41,964 nt of DNA from a virus: IMG/VR virus record IMGVR_UViG_3300045988_036397; one strand, given 5' to 3'. Under the pieces are notes generated by a model. That model was not told the origin of the DNA. It worked only from the letters and a program-made list of their open reading frames with translations, and searched no databases. Below, piece by piece: positions 7,611-17,830 of the stretch; within the stretch, counting starts at the first letter, position 1, and every line of letters starts with the position of its first letter. A program made the translations under genes and the position numbers.

Positions 7611-7873
7611 TCGTCGGTGGTATTTTTAGCGCCGTCAACCTCCGGCACATCCGGCGTCTCCGTAACCTCGTCTGCGCGCTCTCTCTCATCCACCGCATCA
7701 TAATACGCCTGCGCAAGCGTCTCCACCTCGGCAATGTCCTCTTCGGTCAGCAGGCCGTTGTCGTAGTGCGTGTAGGCTTTATCAAGCCAAAATGCAACAT
7801 CGCGTCCTGCTGCAATCTCTCGCTTAATACTGCGCAATGTTAAATCGTGCCGTGCTTTACTCTTGATAGCCAT
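7607..7873 (-). CDS. small XkdX-like protein between the tail fibre and lysis genes
   Basis: ORF trimmed to ATG 7873 with SD AAAGGAG. The segment YDNGLLTEEDIAEV resembles the XkdX-family pattern. The C-terminus is acidic. Confidence 0.55.
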   Translation of the reverse strand: MAIKSKARHDLTLRSIKREIAAGRDVAFWLDKAYTHYDNGLLTEEDIAEVETLAQAYYDAVDERERADEVTETPDVPEVDGAKNTTDE

Positions 7874-7887
7874 AGTGATTTCTCCTT

Positions 7888-10131
7888 TCATGTTTGAGAT
7901 GCAGTTGCATCTTCCAAATCGGTAATCCGTTTAATGGGGTCAGCGCGTCCCGTCACAGTCGCTCTGTCGGCGTCGGTCAGCACGGTGTTCGCTCCTGCAA
8001 GCGCAGGGATGGGCTGTGCGCCTGTGGCTGTGAAGGAAACAGGCTCTGCCAGCTTGTAGCAAATTTGCACAGGGGTTCCCGCCGCGTACTGCGCGGCAAT
8101 GTAGGTGTTTAAGGCATTAACATCTGGAAAATAACGGCTCATAATATCCGCTCTTGTGAAAATATAATTTCCTGTCTGATTCCCACCAAAAGTATTAGCA
8201 GGAAAATGACTACACATTGTAGCATAGCCATTTACTACACAAGGTGCTGTATTGGATTGCATCCTCCAAAATCTATCACTCTGTGTAAACTTGTTGGTTG
8301 TCCCGTCCAGCGTCAGCATTTTCCATGTCTCTTGTCCCTCACCGTTTACCGCGTCCACCTCACCTTCATACACGGTTTCCGGCAGGGTCAGGGTGTTGGT
8401 TTGACCGATATATGATGTGTAGGTGGTGGGAGCGGTGGAGCCAGAGACAATCGCAACTGCGAATTTTGTTGTGAGCGTAAAAGGCTTATTAACATGCAGA
8501 TACGCATTAATTTTGCTCGTATTCTTTACAGTGAGAATTGCTTGTCGTCGTTTAGGTTCCATCAGCGCTTGTACGTCGCCATAAATCCACAAAACGCCGT
8601 TGTCCTGCATACTGTCTCCACCGAACAAATACGCACAATATGTACCAGGCCGCAAGACGTAACCTATTGCAAGCCACAGGTTGCCACCTTGTAATTCACC
8701 ATCAACTTGCAACCAACCATTGTCGTTTTTTATTGTTGGTCTACCAACAATTTCGTTTACCAGTTTTATATTCAGCAGATTCTCCCCGCACCTTTCTACC
8801 GTCACGCTGTCCCTGCCCTTGATGGGACGGATGTTTGCGTAGGGTGCATAGGCTGTTGCAGTGGAGCCCTTTTCGAGCTGCACATTATCCACATCCGTCT
8901 CTTTGTAACAGCTTGCCCGCAAATATGCTGCATTAGCCGGAGCCTTCAATGTAAATGCGCGCTGATATGTGTTGGCCACTCTCGTAAGAATTGTATCCGA
9001 TGCATCAAAGTACGCAAGCACACCGATGTTTCCAGGCGCAGGGGCAAAAGAAGTCGCACATGAAAGTGTGTAATCATCACCTTCAGAGCATGGGATTTTT
9101 CCAGTCGTCTTTGCACCGGAATATCCAGAAGAAAACCCCTGTTGTGATACAAAAGTGTTTTGAATCAGGTCACCCCAGAGGTTCTTCCCGCCACCTGCCG
9201 GATACGGCGTTCCGCTGCCTTCCTGCACGGGTTCCCAGCTGGCCTTTACGCCCAGCGCGTATCCCGCCACAGGGTAGCACACAACAGGGTTGCCGCTTTC
9301 TTCCAGCGGCGGGCAAAGCATGTCAATGATGTGCTTGCTGCTCCACGGCGTGTCCTCGCTCACCGCCGCATCATCAATCTGTACGCCGTCCTTTCCGGCA
9401 GGCCCCTCCGGGCCAATCTCTCCCTGCGGCCCCTGCTCACCGCGCTCACCCTGCGGGCCAGTATCACCCTTGGGGCCAACCGGGCCAGTTTCGCCAACAG
9501 GCCCCTGCGTGCCGGTATCGCCCTTCTCGCCTTGTACACCCTGAACGCCCTGCTCACCTTGGGGGCCGCGCTCTCCGGTGTCGCCCTTCTCGCCCTGGAT
9601 ACCCTGCGCGCCTTGCGGCCCAACAGGCCCCTGCGGGCCGACTGGGCCGATAAACTTCCCGTTGTCGGCGTCCTCCCTCACGCTGTTGGCGACGTCCTCC
9701 GCGTTCGTGGCGCGCTGATCGGCGTCCTTTGCCGCTTCCCGGGCATCCTGCACCGCCTGCAGCACCTGCGCCGCCAGCTCGGGCGTCGGCTCTGCATCCG
9801 CGCCGCCGTATACGCCCGCTTGCTCAAGGATAAGATACTCCACGTTACAACTTGCCCGCTGCACGCCGGAGGCCAGCCCGGCCAGCACAAGCACGCCATC
9901 CTTGGCCTCCTTCGTCACCTCGGGCGGCACGTCCATGGCATCCCCATCCAGCAGAGCCACGCGCAGCGGCTCTTCCCGCCCGGGGATGTGCCACGTTGCG
10001 GTGAGATTCAGCCCGTCCCACCCGGCCCCGCGCTCAATCTTGATACTCTCCGTGCCAAAGCTGGAATTAGTCCCCAGCACCAGCTTTCGCGGGGTGGGGG
10101 AGTAGTTGTCAAGTCTCAAAGTATGTACCAT
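7888..10131 (-). CDS. tail fibre / receptor-binding protein with a collagen-like region
   Basis: 747 aa with SD AAGGAGG. It contains 29 uninterrupted G-X-Y triplets and a large beta-rich C-terminal region. Its position is downstream of the other tail fibre genes. Confidence 0.85.
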   Translation of the reverse strand: MVHTLRLDNYSPTPRKLVLGTNSSFGTESIKIERGAGWDGLNLTATWHIPGREEPLRVALLDGDAMDVPPEVTKEAKDGVLVLAGLASGVQRASCNVEYLILEQAGVYGGADAEPTPELAAQVLQAVQDAREAAKDADQRATNAEDVANSVREDADNGKFIGPVGPQGPVGPQGAQGIQGEKGDTGERGPQGEQGVQGVQGEKGDTGTQGPVGETGPVGPKGDTGPQGERGEQGPQGEIGPEGPAGKDGVQIDDAAVSEDTPWSSKHIIDMLCPPLEESGNPVVCYPVAGYALGVKASWEPVQEGSGTPYPAGGGKNLWGDLIQNTFVSQQGFSSGYSGAKTTGKIPCSEGDDYTLSCATSFAPAPGNIGVLAYFDASDTILTRVANTYQRAFTLKAPANAAYLRASCYKETDVDNVQLEKGSTATAYAPYANIRPIKGRDSVTVERCGENLLNIKLVNEIVGRPTIKNDNGWLQVDGELQGGNLWLAIGYVLRPGTYCAYLFGGDSMQDNGVLWIYGDVQALMEPKRRQAILTVKNTSKINAYLHVNKPFTLTTKFAVAIVSGSTAPTTYTSYIGQTNTLTLPETVYEGEVDAVNGEGQETWKMLTLDGTTNKFTQSDRFWRMQSNTAPCVVNGYATMCSHFPANTFGGNQTGNYIFTRADIMSRYFPDVNALNTYIAAQYAAGTPVQICYKLAEPVSFTATGAQPIPALAGANTVLTDADRATVTGRADPIKRITDLEDATASQT
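9388..9648 (-). repeat. collagen-like G-X-Y coding repeat (29 triplets)
   Basis: Residues 162-248 read [34 protein letters not shown]...GPAGKDG. Confidence 0.9.
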
Positions 10132-10191
10132 GCCCTACCTCCTTAACAGTACAACAGTTTCTCGGTGTTGATTACGATTGGCTCTCTCCTT

Positions 10192-11493
10192 TTAGTAATA
10201 AATCAATGTAATCTGGCGGTTGATCACTCCGTTGTCGTTCCATGTAACGCGCACAGTGTTACCCGAAATTGTTAGACTTGCTATCTCGGGACTATCTCCA
10301 GAAGCGGCTATGTTAGAAACGCCGACCAATGTGCCGCTGGGCAACGTGTATGTCCAGTCACCATGTGAAGTGTACATGGTGATTGTCACCGTTTTCAGAC
10401 TCACAGCGGCAACTAATCCGCTCCCATTATGGTAGCCGGAGGGGACGGTTGCCACGCCGCCGGGGGAGAGCGTTGCCCCCCAGCTGCCTCGGTTCGGCAT
10501 TTTTCCTTCTTTGATGGTTTTACCGCCTGCGTAGTATTTCTTTCCGGTCAGCACATCAGTATCTGCGGCGGTGGCCTGTGCCAGCTTGGATGCGCTTAAT
10601 CCACCGCCGCCGTTAAAATCCAGCCGCGTGCCGTCGTATACAAACGTGATCCAGCGCCCGGCAGCCACACAGTCACCGTCCGCCGCATCCGCGCCGCAAT
10701 ACGCAGGCACGGCCACACCGTTGACTGTCCACGTATCGCCCGCACTCCACGCGGCGGGGACTTTAAACCGCCCCACCGCGCCTTCTCCCGTCAGCGCATA
10801 CACGCTGCCGCTCTTGCTGCACTCATATTCCTGCACGCAGACATTTAACCCGCCACCAGACGGGTCATACTGTGCCTTGGTCATCATTGCTGTGCCACCG
10901 TGCAGTTGAGCCAGCTCGGTCTTTACCTTTTCAAGCAATGCGGAAAACTGCGCCTGAATGGTAGTAGTATCAACGCTAACCCAGTCCGTAACAAGCCCAC
11001 ACACATCGGGGTCAAGCCGTTCGTCCGTGATGCTATCCGCAGAAATGCTGCTTACAGCTGCTGCAACGTAAATACGCGCAAGAGAAATTTGCCGTTTTAA
11101 AGTGTTGTTTGTAAGTTCCGTGGCGGTAGGTGCATTATTCGGCGTTCCTTTTAGCACTTCAATACGCGGCTTTTCCGCATAATACACAGTGTCCCAGCTA
11201 ACAACAATCCTGTCAATACGTGGCAAAATGGCATCTGGCAACGGGATTGTCAGCTGCAACTCGCTTCCAGTCTGTTCTTTTGTATCATTCCAAAAAACTG
11301 TGCCGTCCGCTTTGTCGTTCGCCAGCCAGCCCACACCATCTGAAACGCTTACCGTCATATCGCCGTTTGCGGTAACACTTAAATTGCCATCTGCGCCAAA
11401 AACGCCGCTGGAACGCCCATGCAGCCATTTCATAACATTTTCGGCTCCGATGTATTCATCCACGTTATTCGGAAAATTTTTGATTTCTGCCAC
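10192..11493 (-). CDS. tail fibre / baseplate structural protein
   Basis: 433-aa ORF in the tail module. The N-terminal region (NVDEYIGAENVMKWLHG...ITDERLDPDVCG) is of the type seen in Firmicutes prophage fibre proteins. This was recognised by eye. Confidence 0.65.
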   Translation of the reverse strand: MAEIKNFPNNVDEYIGAENVMKWLHGRSSGVFGADGNLSVTANGDMTVSVSDGVGWLANDKADGTVFWNDTKEQTGSELQLTIPLPDAILPRIDRIVVSWDTVYYAEKPRIEVLKGTPNNAPTATELTNNTLKRQISLARIYVAAAVSSISADSITDERLDPDVCGLVTDWVSVDTTTIQAQFSALLEKVKTELAQLHGGTAMMTKAQYDPSGGGLNVCVQEYECSKSGSVYALTGEGAVGRFKVPAAWSAGDTWTVNGVAVPAYCGADAADGDCVAAGRWITFVYDGTRLDFNGGGGLSASKLAQATAADTDVLTGKKYYAGGKTIKEGKMPNRGSWGATLSPGGVATVPSGYHNGSGLVAAVSLKTVTITMYTSHGDWTYTLPSGTLVGVSNIAASGDSPEIASLTISGNTVRVTWNDNGVINRQITLIYY

Positions 11494-11497
11494 TTTA

Positions 11498-12508
11498 TCA
11501 CCTCAAAACTGTTAAAATCGGGTCACCAATAACCAGCTTGACGCTTGATCCGTTTGCATCCTGTGAATACTTTGCTGCCGTGATTCTTGCCTTGTACTTT
11601 ACACCCAGCCGCAAAGAAACGCACCAAACCAAATCGCCAACATTGTATGCCGTGCCAAGCTCGTCACCGTCTGCGCCAATGTCAAATCCGTTTCGATTCA
11701 AATGGCTGCCTAGCTGCAACGCCGCATACTGCTTAACGCGCGTCTGAAACGCAGCGTTTGTCTCGCCATCCTGCTGGCTATCTCCGCTGAAGCTCGCCCA
11801 CAGTTCGCGCCGTTCCGAATCGCTGGCCGTGCCAGCCTGCACCACAAACTTTGTACCGTCTTTGTACTGCGCTTCACAGTAGCACACATTTTTGTATTCA
11901 GAAATGTCCTTGTCAACTATCAGCCCGGGCGCTGTTCCGCGTTCCTGCACAAACAGCACGGCGTCTAATCCCTTTGTGCGGTCAACACCCTTATACAATT
12001 CAAACGTTTCCGTCTTGGCTCTGTAGTCCAAAACCATCCGGTTCCCAATCCCGGCATCTGTCAAAATCGGTTGTATGCAGTTTAACAGTTCATCCCCGTA
12101 CACCTCTGTTGCCGTCACGGTTTCTGTCAAGCCTTTTTTCTCTGCCAGCAGTATAGGAAGCCCGCGCAGATTGGCAGTAATAACGCTGTATACATCCGTT
12201 TCCACGTTGGCAATGCTGGAAGTTGCCGCAATAACACGCCGGTTTAGCTTATTGTTCAGACTGTACCCGTTCAACGTGATTTCGCTATTATCACAATCGA
12301 ACTGTATTTCTTCCACCGTATACGCAAGTCTTCGCTCTACAATGTACAAAACAGCATCCAGCTCCACTATCCCGATGTTGTAATCATCCATCGGCAAAAC
12401 TACCGTAAATTTTCCCACATCGTTATAGTAGTCGCTGAACTCGCTGCTGATAGCGTGCGTGATTTCGTGTCGGTTACTAAGGTCATGGGAGAACAGCTCT
12501 AATCTCAT
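11498..12508 (-). CDS. tail-tip protein (Siphovirus Gp37-like)
   Basis: 336-aa ORF directly downstream of the Dit-like gene, with a 4-nt overlap. Size and position fit the Gp37-like tail-associated family. Confidence 0.55.
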   Translation of the reverse strand: MRLELFSHDLSNRHEITHAISSEFSDYYNDVGKFTVVLPMDDYNIGIVELDAVLYIVERRLAYTVEEIQFDCDNSEITLNGYSLNNKLNRRVIAATSSIANVETDVYSVITANLRGLPILLAEKKGLTETVTATEVYGDELLNCIQPILTDAGIGNRMVLDYRAKTETFELYKGVDRTKGLDAVLFVQERGTAPGLIVDKDISEYKNVCYCEAQYKDGTKFVVQAGTASDSERRELWASFSGDSQQDGETNAAFQTRVKQYAALQLGSHLNRNGFDIGADGDELGTAYNVGDLVWCVSLRLGVKYKARITAAKYSQDANGSSVKLVIGDPILTVLR

Positions 12509-13368
12509 ATTACCGTTACACCCGCACTTTCTTCCGCAAACGAAACGCTCATTTCAACGTTTTCAAGCCCACTGTCCGCAGTAGGTTTCCACGCATTATC
12601 GCCCGTATGAATTCTATACAGTGTACTTTCAAGCGTCAGCGCACCTCGACAGTCACCGTCCTTAGAGCTTGTGACCGTTGTCTTTCCGTGCGATGTCTTG
12701 ATAACAACACGCTCATCTTCCACAAGCGTTTTTTCCAGCCGCAGCACTTCACCTGTCAGCATGTTTTCAATGCCTACGTTTGCTGCCGTCTCGCCGACGC
12801 AATTGATTTCCAGCCTAAAAGGCACATCAAATTGCCCAAAATTCTGCAAAACAATGTATTTTAGCACAATGACTTTGCCAAAATAATACGTTTTGCTAAT
12901 ATTCCATGGGAATTTAAAACCTTTTTGCACGCCGCGCAGCTGCATTGCCTTTCGTTCGCCGCTTTCCCAATACGGGTAGGGGGCAAGCAGGCCAAGTTGA
13001 AACGGCGCACCGCGTTTTGATGCGCCAATGGTAGGCGATGCCGTTACAATAACGTCTATGTGCCAGTCTCCGGCATATAACACCCCGGTCAGGTCAGGTC
13101 GTACAACAGTCATAAGCGCATCTTTCAGCGCTTGTGCATTGTCGCCGATAACTTTACCATTGATGGTAATAGGCCGCGTCTGAATGGCCTTAGATTGCAC
13201 AGTAGCACCTACTTGACCGATGCCCTGCGCCGTGTTGGCAGTGACAGAAATTGTATCAATGCCATCCGGCTTGCTGATAAGATAACCATGCGCGTAGTCA
13301 AACACGATAGACTGCCCCAGCAAGTTGACGTACTTGAAAGTCTTGCTTAAAAAACTCATAACGCCCAC
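12505..13368 (-). CDS. distal tail protein (Dit)
   Basis: 287-aa ORF immediately after the tape measure gene with overlapping ends, which is the canonical Dit position. Confidence 0.7.
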   Translation of the reverse strand: MGVMSFLSKTFKYVNLLGQSIVFDYAHGYLISKPDGIDTISVTANTAQGIGQVGATVQSKAIQTRPITINGKVIGDNAQALKDALMTVVRPDLTGVLYAGDWHIDVIVTASPTIGASKRGAPFQLGLLAPYPYWESGERKAMQLRGVQKGFKFPWNISKTYYFGKVIVLKYIVLQNFGQFDVPFRLEINCVGETAANVGIENMLTGEVLRLEKTLVEDERVVIKTSHGKTTVTSSKDGDCRGALTLESTLYRIHTGDNAWKPTADSGLENVEMSVSFAEESAGVTVI

Positions 13369-15746
13369 CTCGCCCGCTGGAAATACGCCGCTGTGCTTGC
13401 TGCCAGTTCAACCGGTGTCTGCTTTGCCGCGTAAATATTTTGCGTCAGGGTAAAACTGTTGCCGCTGCCCTTACCGCGTCTGTAACTGTCCGCTTCATCG
13501 GCAGTCAGCACCATCTCGCCGCGATGCAGGTTGGCAATGTAGTTGTTATAGGGGACATAATCCATGCCGCCTGCGTGGCTACCGTCAGACCCCGTGTTGT
13601 TTTTCACATCACTTGCATTGATGACAAAAATACTCTTGATGCCATCCCACAAGCCCTGCACGAAGCTGACAAGACCGTCCCAAACAGCCGCAATGCCACC
13701 CTTGATGCCCTCTACAGCGTTTTGGCCGACAGTAGAGAAAAAGCCAAACACACCTTCAAAGATGCCCTGAATCGACTCCCACGCGCTCTGAAAGTCACCA
13801 GACAACACAGCGTCAATCGTAGAAAACACGCCGGTAATCAAATCAAACACAGTCTGGAAAAAGCTTACCGCAACATTCCAGATGCTTTGAATGATAATCC
13901 ACGCGCCCTGAAAGAATCCGCTGATAATCGGTGCAAACGGCGTAAAGATGACCACAATTGACTGGAAGATAGCCTGAAAGAATGCGCTTGCCCATGCCCA
14001 TACAGTCTGTACAAGGCTCCATGCAGCGCTGAACGCTTCACCGATGCTCTGTATAACTGGGGTCAAATCTGTAATGACCTGCGTAACAACCTGCCCAATA
14101 ACCTGCATAGCCGCTTCAACATAAGGCTGCACCCATGCTACAAACTCTTGGATTTTTGCCCAGATGTTTTCAATAACGCCATTTACAGAATTTCTGAAAT
14201 CTTCGTTTTTCGCATACAGAACAGCCAAAATGCCAACCAGTGCGCCAATTGCAACCACAACCAGTGTAATTGGGTTTGCTGCCAAAACCGCATTAAAAGC
14301 GGCTTGCGCTTTTGCCGCTGCCGCCTGTGCCAACGTCATAAGGGAAATCTTCCCTGTAAGCAATCCGGCAAGAACTTCGGATGCCTTTAATGTGCCATTG
14401 AGCGCACCCTGTGCAATTTCCGTGTCAGAAAGTCCCATGCTGAACAAAGAAACAGCAACCTTGGCTTCGTCAAAAGCCGTTACCATCTTTTGAATTTTCG
14501 TCCCGATTTGCCAGCCTTTTACAGCTGCACCAACCGTCACAAGCGCGGGGGCAATTTCTTCAATTACAGGCACGACTTCTTCAACTGCTGTTTTAACATT
14601 GTCAAAAATGTCAAGCAGGAACGAAAAGTCAGAGTTTTCAATCGCGCTTGTCAGCCCGGAAATAATTGCATCGCCAAAAAAAGAAAACACATCAGCAACA
14701 ATGGGCTGCAATTCGCTTGCTACGCTGCTTAACCCGCCGAAAAGTGCCTGCAAGCCCTCTTCAATAGTCGGTTCCAGCTCCATAATCACGCCGCTTACAT
14801 AAGGCGCAAGCTGTGTGACCAGTTCGCTTAAGCCATCAATTAGAGTAGGAACAATCTCTTTGATGCGCGGTATAATGTTATTGCCAGCCGTAATAACGCT
14901 GTCAACAAGGTTGTCCACCAAGGCTTGAAAGTCTTGCTCCGGGTCTGCAATTCCGATCAAAAGATTTTCCCAAGCGCTCTTCATCGACGCTGTACTGCCT
15001 TGAATTGTAGTTGCAGCTTCCTTACTGGTCGTTCCCATGATGCCCATGTTGGCCTGCACGACATGAATCGCTTGTACAATGTTCGCATAGGACATACTGT
15101 TGGAATCGACCGTTACGCCAAGCTCTTTCTGCGTGTCCGTCATAGCAGCAGCTTCTTTGATAAGCCGCTTCATCTCAGCTTGCGTGCCGCCGTACCCGAT
15201 CTTAAGATTGTCGAGCATAGTATAGTTTTGCTTCGCAAATCCGTTATATGCATCCTGTATGGACTGCATATTGGTGCCCATCTTGTTCGCGTTATCGGAC
15301 ATATCCGAAATTGCAGTATTTGCCATTTCAGCGGCTTTTCCTGTGTCACCGCCCAAACTTGAAACCAGAGCAGCCGCAAACGATGTGGATGTTTCCATGT
15401 AATCATTTGCTGAAAGACCTACATTCTTGTATGCGTCTTTTGCGTAGCTCTCTATGATTCCCGCACTATCTTTGTACAGCGTTTCTACGCCGCCTACAAG
15501 CTGCTCATAGTCCGCATAGCTGTCAAGCGATGCCTTGCCAATCGACACGGCCATGTTCGCAGCGGTTTTCCCGATTTCCGTAATCCCATTGGCTACGGTC
15601 CGCAAACCGTCTGAAACGACATTGCCAAGCAGCGTACCGCTGAACACGTCCATCAAAGATGATGCGCCGCCTTTTGCCTTTTCAACGCCTTTTTCATAGT
15701 CGTCTGTGTTCAGACTTAATTTTGCATATAAGTTAAAAACGTCCAA
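13356..15746 (-). CDS. tail tape measure protein
   Basis: 796 aa, the longest ORF in the window. It is helical and Ala/Gly/Ile-rich with hydrophobic segments, and lies downstream of the G/GT chaperones. Confidence 0.9.
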   Translation of the reverse strand: MDVFNLYAKLSLNTDDYEKGVEKAKGGASSLMDVFSGTLLGNVVSDGLRTVANGITEIGKTAANMAVSIGKASLDSYADYEQLVGGVETLYKDSAGIIESYAKDAYKNVGLSANDYMETSTSFAAALVSSLGGDTGKAAEMANTAISDMSDNANKMGTNMQSIQDAYNGFAKQNYTMLDNLKIGYGGTQAEMKRLIKEAAAMTDTQKELGVTVDSNSMSYANIVQAIHVVQANMGIMGTTSKEAATTIQGSTASMKSAWENLLIGIADPEQDFQALVDNLVDSVITAGNNIIPRIKEIVPTLIDGLSELVTQLAPYVSGVIMELEPTIEEGLQALFGGLSSVASELQPIVADVFSFFGDAIISGLTSAIENSDFSFLLDIFDNVKTAVEEVVPVIEEIAPALVTVGAAVKGWQIGTKIQKMVTAFDEAKVAVSLFSMGLSDTEIAQGALNGTLKASEVLAGLLTGKISLMTLAQAAAAKAQAAFNAVLAANPITLVVVAIGALVGILAVLYAKNEDFRNSVNGVIENIWAKIQEFVAWVQPYVEAAMQVIGQVVTQVITDLTPVIQSIGEAFSAAWSLVQTVWAWASAFFQAIFQSIVVIFTPFAPIISGFFQGAWIIIQSIWNVAVSFFQTVFDLITGVFSTIDAVLSGDFQSAWESIQGIFEGVFGFFSTVGQNAVEGIKGGIAAVWDGLVSFVQGLWDGIKSIFVINASDVKNNTGSDGSHAGGMDYVPYNNYIANLHRGEMVLTADEADSYRRGKGSGNSFTLTQNIYAAKQTPVELAASTAAYFQRARWAL

Positions 15747-15761
15747 TCTATCACTCCCTTC

Positions 15762-15790
15762 TTGAATTTCTGCTTTATCTGCTGTATTCT
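15762..15790 (+). promoter_or_regulatory. sigma-70-like promoter for the plus-strand moron
   Basis: TTGAAT (15762-15767), a 17-nt spacer, then TATTCT (15785-15790). It lies about 20 nt upstream of the AGGAGG SD and ATG 15812. Confidence 0.55.
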
Positions 15791-15811
15791 AAGCAATAGG
15801 AGGTGTTTTTT

Positions 15812-16186
15812 ATGGCAAAAGCAAAAAATGCAGTAATCGCCGGTGATTTTATGTGCAAAAAGGTGTCTGTTTCATTTGGCAAAGTCTCTATGGACGTTGG
15901 TGGTCTATCAGCACTTGAACTAAACAGCCGTACTGTTGCCGGTTACTCTGTGGTAGATGAAACTCACAAAACATCTATGGCTTCCGGCGTTATGCGCGGC
16001 ATGGTCGGCGGTGCTTTGTTTGGTGGTGCTGGCATGGTTGCCGGTGCAATGACTGCCAAGCAAAAAGGCGTTTATCAGGTTGTTATACAGCTTATAGATG
16101 ACCCGCAATGGCGTTACAGCGGCAAGCGCTTCCTGTTGGAAGTTGACGAGCCAACCTATAAAGCCATTATCAAAAATTGTTTCTAA
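15812..16186 (+). CDS. glycine-zipper membrane protein; an opposite-strand moron inside the tail module
   Basis: 124 aa from ATG 15812 with SD AGGAGGTG. The central glycine-zipper segment is GVMRGMVGGALFGGAGMVAGAM. This is the only plus-strand gene between 2246 and 40353. Confidence 0.7.
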   Translation: MAKAKNAVIAGDFMCKKVSVSFGKVSMDVGGLSALELNSRTVAGYSVVDETHKTSMASGVMRGMVGGALFGGAGMVAGAMTAKQKGVYQVVIQLIDDPQWRYSGKRFLLEVDEPTYKAIIKNCF

Positions 16187-16188
16187 GT

Positions 16189-16473
16189 TTAGCCGCCCTC
16201 TGTTTGGGCGTCTTTTTTCTCTGCTTCTTTCAATCCATGCCGCGCCGCAAAGTCTTTGAAATCTGCCTGCACCTGTTCCGGTGTCCGCGTATCCACTTTG
16301 GGCGGGTGGATAATGTCAATATATCTCGCTGGCCTGTCCTGTACGCCGGTCACAGCTACCACAAGGCTCCACGCACTATCAGTCATGTACACCTTGTACA
16401 GCTGTTCCTCAAAATCAGCTTTTAAAGCGTAAGGCAGCGCCGACACAAGCGCCTTTGCGCTCAGTTTCGGCAT
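16189..16473 (-). CDS. tail assembly chaperone T segment, probably expressed as a -1 frameshift extension (GT)
   Basis: This ORF is in the -1 frame relative to 16491-16862. That frame is open from exactly the slippery site at 16524-16530 onward. Confidence 0.65.
   Translation of the reverse strand: MPKLSAKALVSALPYALKADFEEQLYKVYMTDSAWSLVVAVTGVQDRPARYIDIIHPPKVDTRTPEQVQADFKDFAARHGLKEAEKKDAQTEGG
16194..16218 (+). terminator. possible terminator for the moron
   Basis: A 5-bp GC stem pairs CGCCC (16194-16198) with GGGCG (16206-16210), followed by TCTTTTTT. It lies inside the convergent chaperone ORF. Confidence 0.4.
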
Positions 16474-16490
16474 TTTCAGCAGTACAGGGA

Positions 16491-16862
16491 TTACTTGTTC
16501 TGCTCGCCACCGAGATACGATTTGAAAAAATCAACAAATCCCTTATCGTTCAGCAGGTCGGCAACTTGCTTGCAGGTGATAAGAAAATTCTGTTTGCCGA
16601 TTTCTTCCACCGTCAGGCCGTTGAACGGTGCGAGAATTTCGTACACGTCCTCGCGGTGCTGTTTCAACGCAATGTTCAGCAGCTTAACAATTTTCGCAAG
16701 GCCGAAACGCTGCATTGCAATGCGGGTCGTTTCGCCCTTCGGCATAGCTTTCTGCATCTCTTTCACAAGCGCTTCATCATCGATCAGGTTTGTGATGGGC
16801 TGCGCGATTTGCAAAACGACTTCCAGCGCTTCGTCAGTGCTAAGTTCAGAAAAAATCCGCAT
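16491..16862 (-). CDS. tail assembly chaperone G
   Basis: 123-aa acidic ORF between the major tail protein and the tape measure region. Confidence 0.7.
   Translation of the reverse strand: MRIFSELSTDEALEVVLQIAQPITNLIDDEALVKEMQKAMPKGETTRIAMQRFGLAKIVKLLNIALKQHREDVYEILAPFNGLTVEEIGKQNFLITCKQVADLLNDKGFVDFFKSYLGGEQNK
16524..16530 (-). other. candidate -1 programmed ribosomal frameshift heptamer T TTT TTC
   Basis: Minus-strand frame 0 reads GAT TTT TTC AAA. In the -1 frame a TGA lies immediately before the heptamer, and the frame then stays open into 16189-16473. Confidence 0.55.
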
Positions 16863-17455
16863 TATGCCTCATCCTCTCCGGCCTTGATATACACCTCACA
16901 CGGCACAGTGTCCTGTGCGGTAATGGAGTAGTGCGCCGTGTATTCAAAGCTCATCTGGCCTTTTTCCTTGTCGCCCGTCTTCAAGCTGAAACCGCCGGTA
17001 GACAGCGTATTCAGCATGTGGATGGCGCAGAAACCGCCATTCGTAGTGCCGTGCTTGTCGGAATAATCGCACAGCAGCCACAAATCGGTAAAATCGCTGT
17101 CTTTCAGGTCGTTGCGCGGCGTGATTTTGGAAACCTTGGAAGTGGTTGTTTCCTCTGCTGCGCCAAGCATACTTTTTACATTGGCAGGGGATGCCGAAAC
17201 ATAAGTGCCACTGCACTTGACTCCCCAAGATTCAATCTGCTTCAGCTCTTTCATGTTCTTGGGGCAGTTGTCGATGTCCTCGCCGAAGTCGGTAAAGCTT
17301 GGCACAGCCGTAAAGTTTATGCCGCCGGTCGTAGCGCCCAGCATCGCACTTTCTTCCGGCGCAGTACCGGCAGCCGGGTCAAACGTAGTTGCAAGATAGC
17401 CCGCGTTCAGGACAAGTTCCTTAAACGCAGATTCAGGAATACGAGTAAATTTCAT
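16862..17455 (-). CDS. major tail protein
   Basis: 197-aa ORF immediately upstream of the chaperones. Composition is beta-rich. Confidence 0.75.
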   Translation of the reverse strand: MKFTRIPESAFKELVLNAGYLATTFDPAAGTAPEESAMLGATTGGINFTAVPSFTDFGEDIDNCPKNMKELKQIESWGVKCSGTYVSASPANVKSMLGAAEETTTSKVSKITPRNDLKDSDFTDLWLLCDYSDKHGTTNGGFCAIHMLNTLSTGGFSLKTGDKEKGQMSFEYTAHYSITAQDTVPCEVYIKAGEDEA

Positions 17456-17464
17456 GCTTTCACC

Positions 17465-17830
17465 TCAATTTAGGCATAAAAATTCGGCGGTCACGTTGAT
17501 GTACCGCCGTTTTAGGTTTTTGTCTGTGTCATCTGCTAGCGATTGGCAGAACGGGGAGCCGGGTTTGAGCCAAATAATTCCATCATCGCACGGCAAAGTC
17601 GGGTCGCCTTGTGTAAGAGCCGTCAAAAGCTCTTGCGCCTTTGCGTTTGGCACAGCTTCGGATGTGGTATGAAACCACATATTTACTGTGATTGATACAG
17701 AATTTGCCCAAGTATCCATCACTGCATCATAGGTCAGGTATGGGAGTACAGCGTCATCCGGCACGGCGTTGCTAGGGTATGCGGTCATAAACCGTCCGAA
17801 AAACTGCTGTAATGCAGCGCCCTTTGTCAT
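17465..17830 (-). CDS. tail terminator / tail completion protein
   Basis: 121-aa ORF between the head-tail joining genes and the major tail protein. Confidence 0.5.
   Translation of the reverse strand: MTKGAALQQFFGRFMTAYPSNAVPDDAVLPYLTYDAVMDTWANSVSITVNMWFHTTSEAVPNAKAQELLTALTQGDPTLPCDDGIIWLKPGSPFCQSLADDTDKNLKRRYINVTAEFLCLN

Noticed and set aside
9160-10146. 328-aa plus-strand ORF and several 60-110-aa ORFs overlapping the tail fibre gene.
   Set aside because: They arise from the periodic GC-rich G-X-Y collagen-like repeat, which keeps several frames open. They have no SDs and their translations are Arg/Pro/Leu-rich.
7888-11493. A possible diversity-generating retroelement targeting the tail fibre genes.
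   Set aside because: No reverse transcriptase ORF and no template/variable repeat pair were found anywhere in the window.
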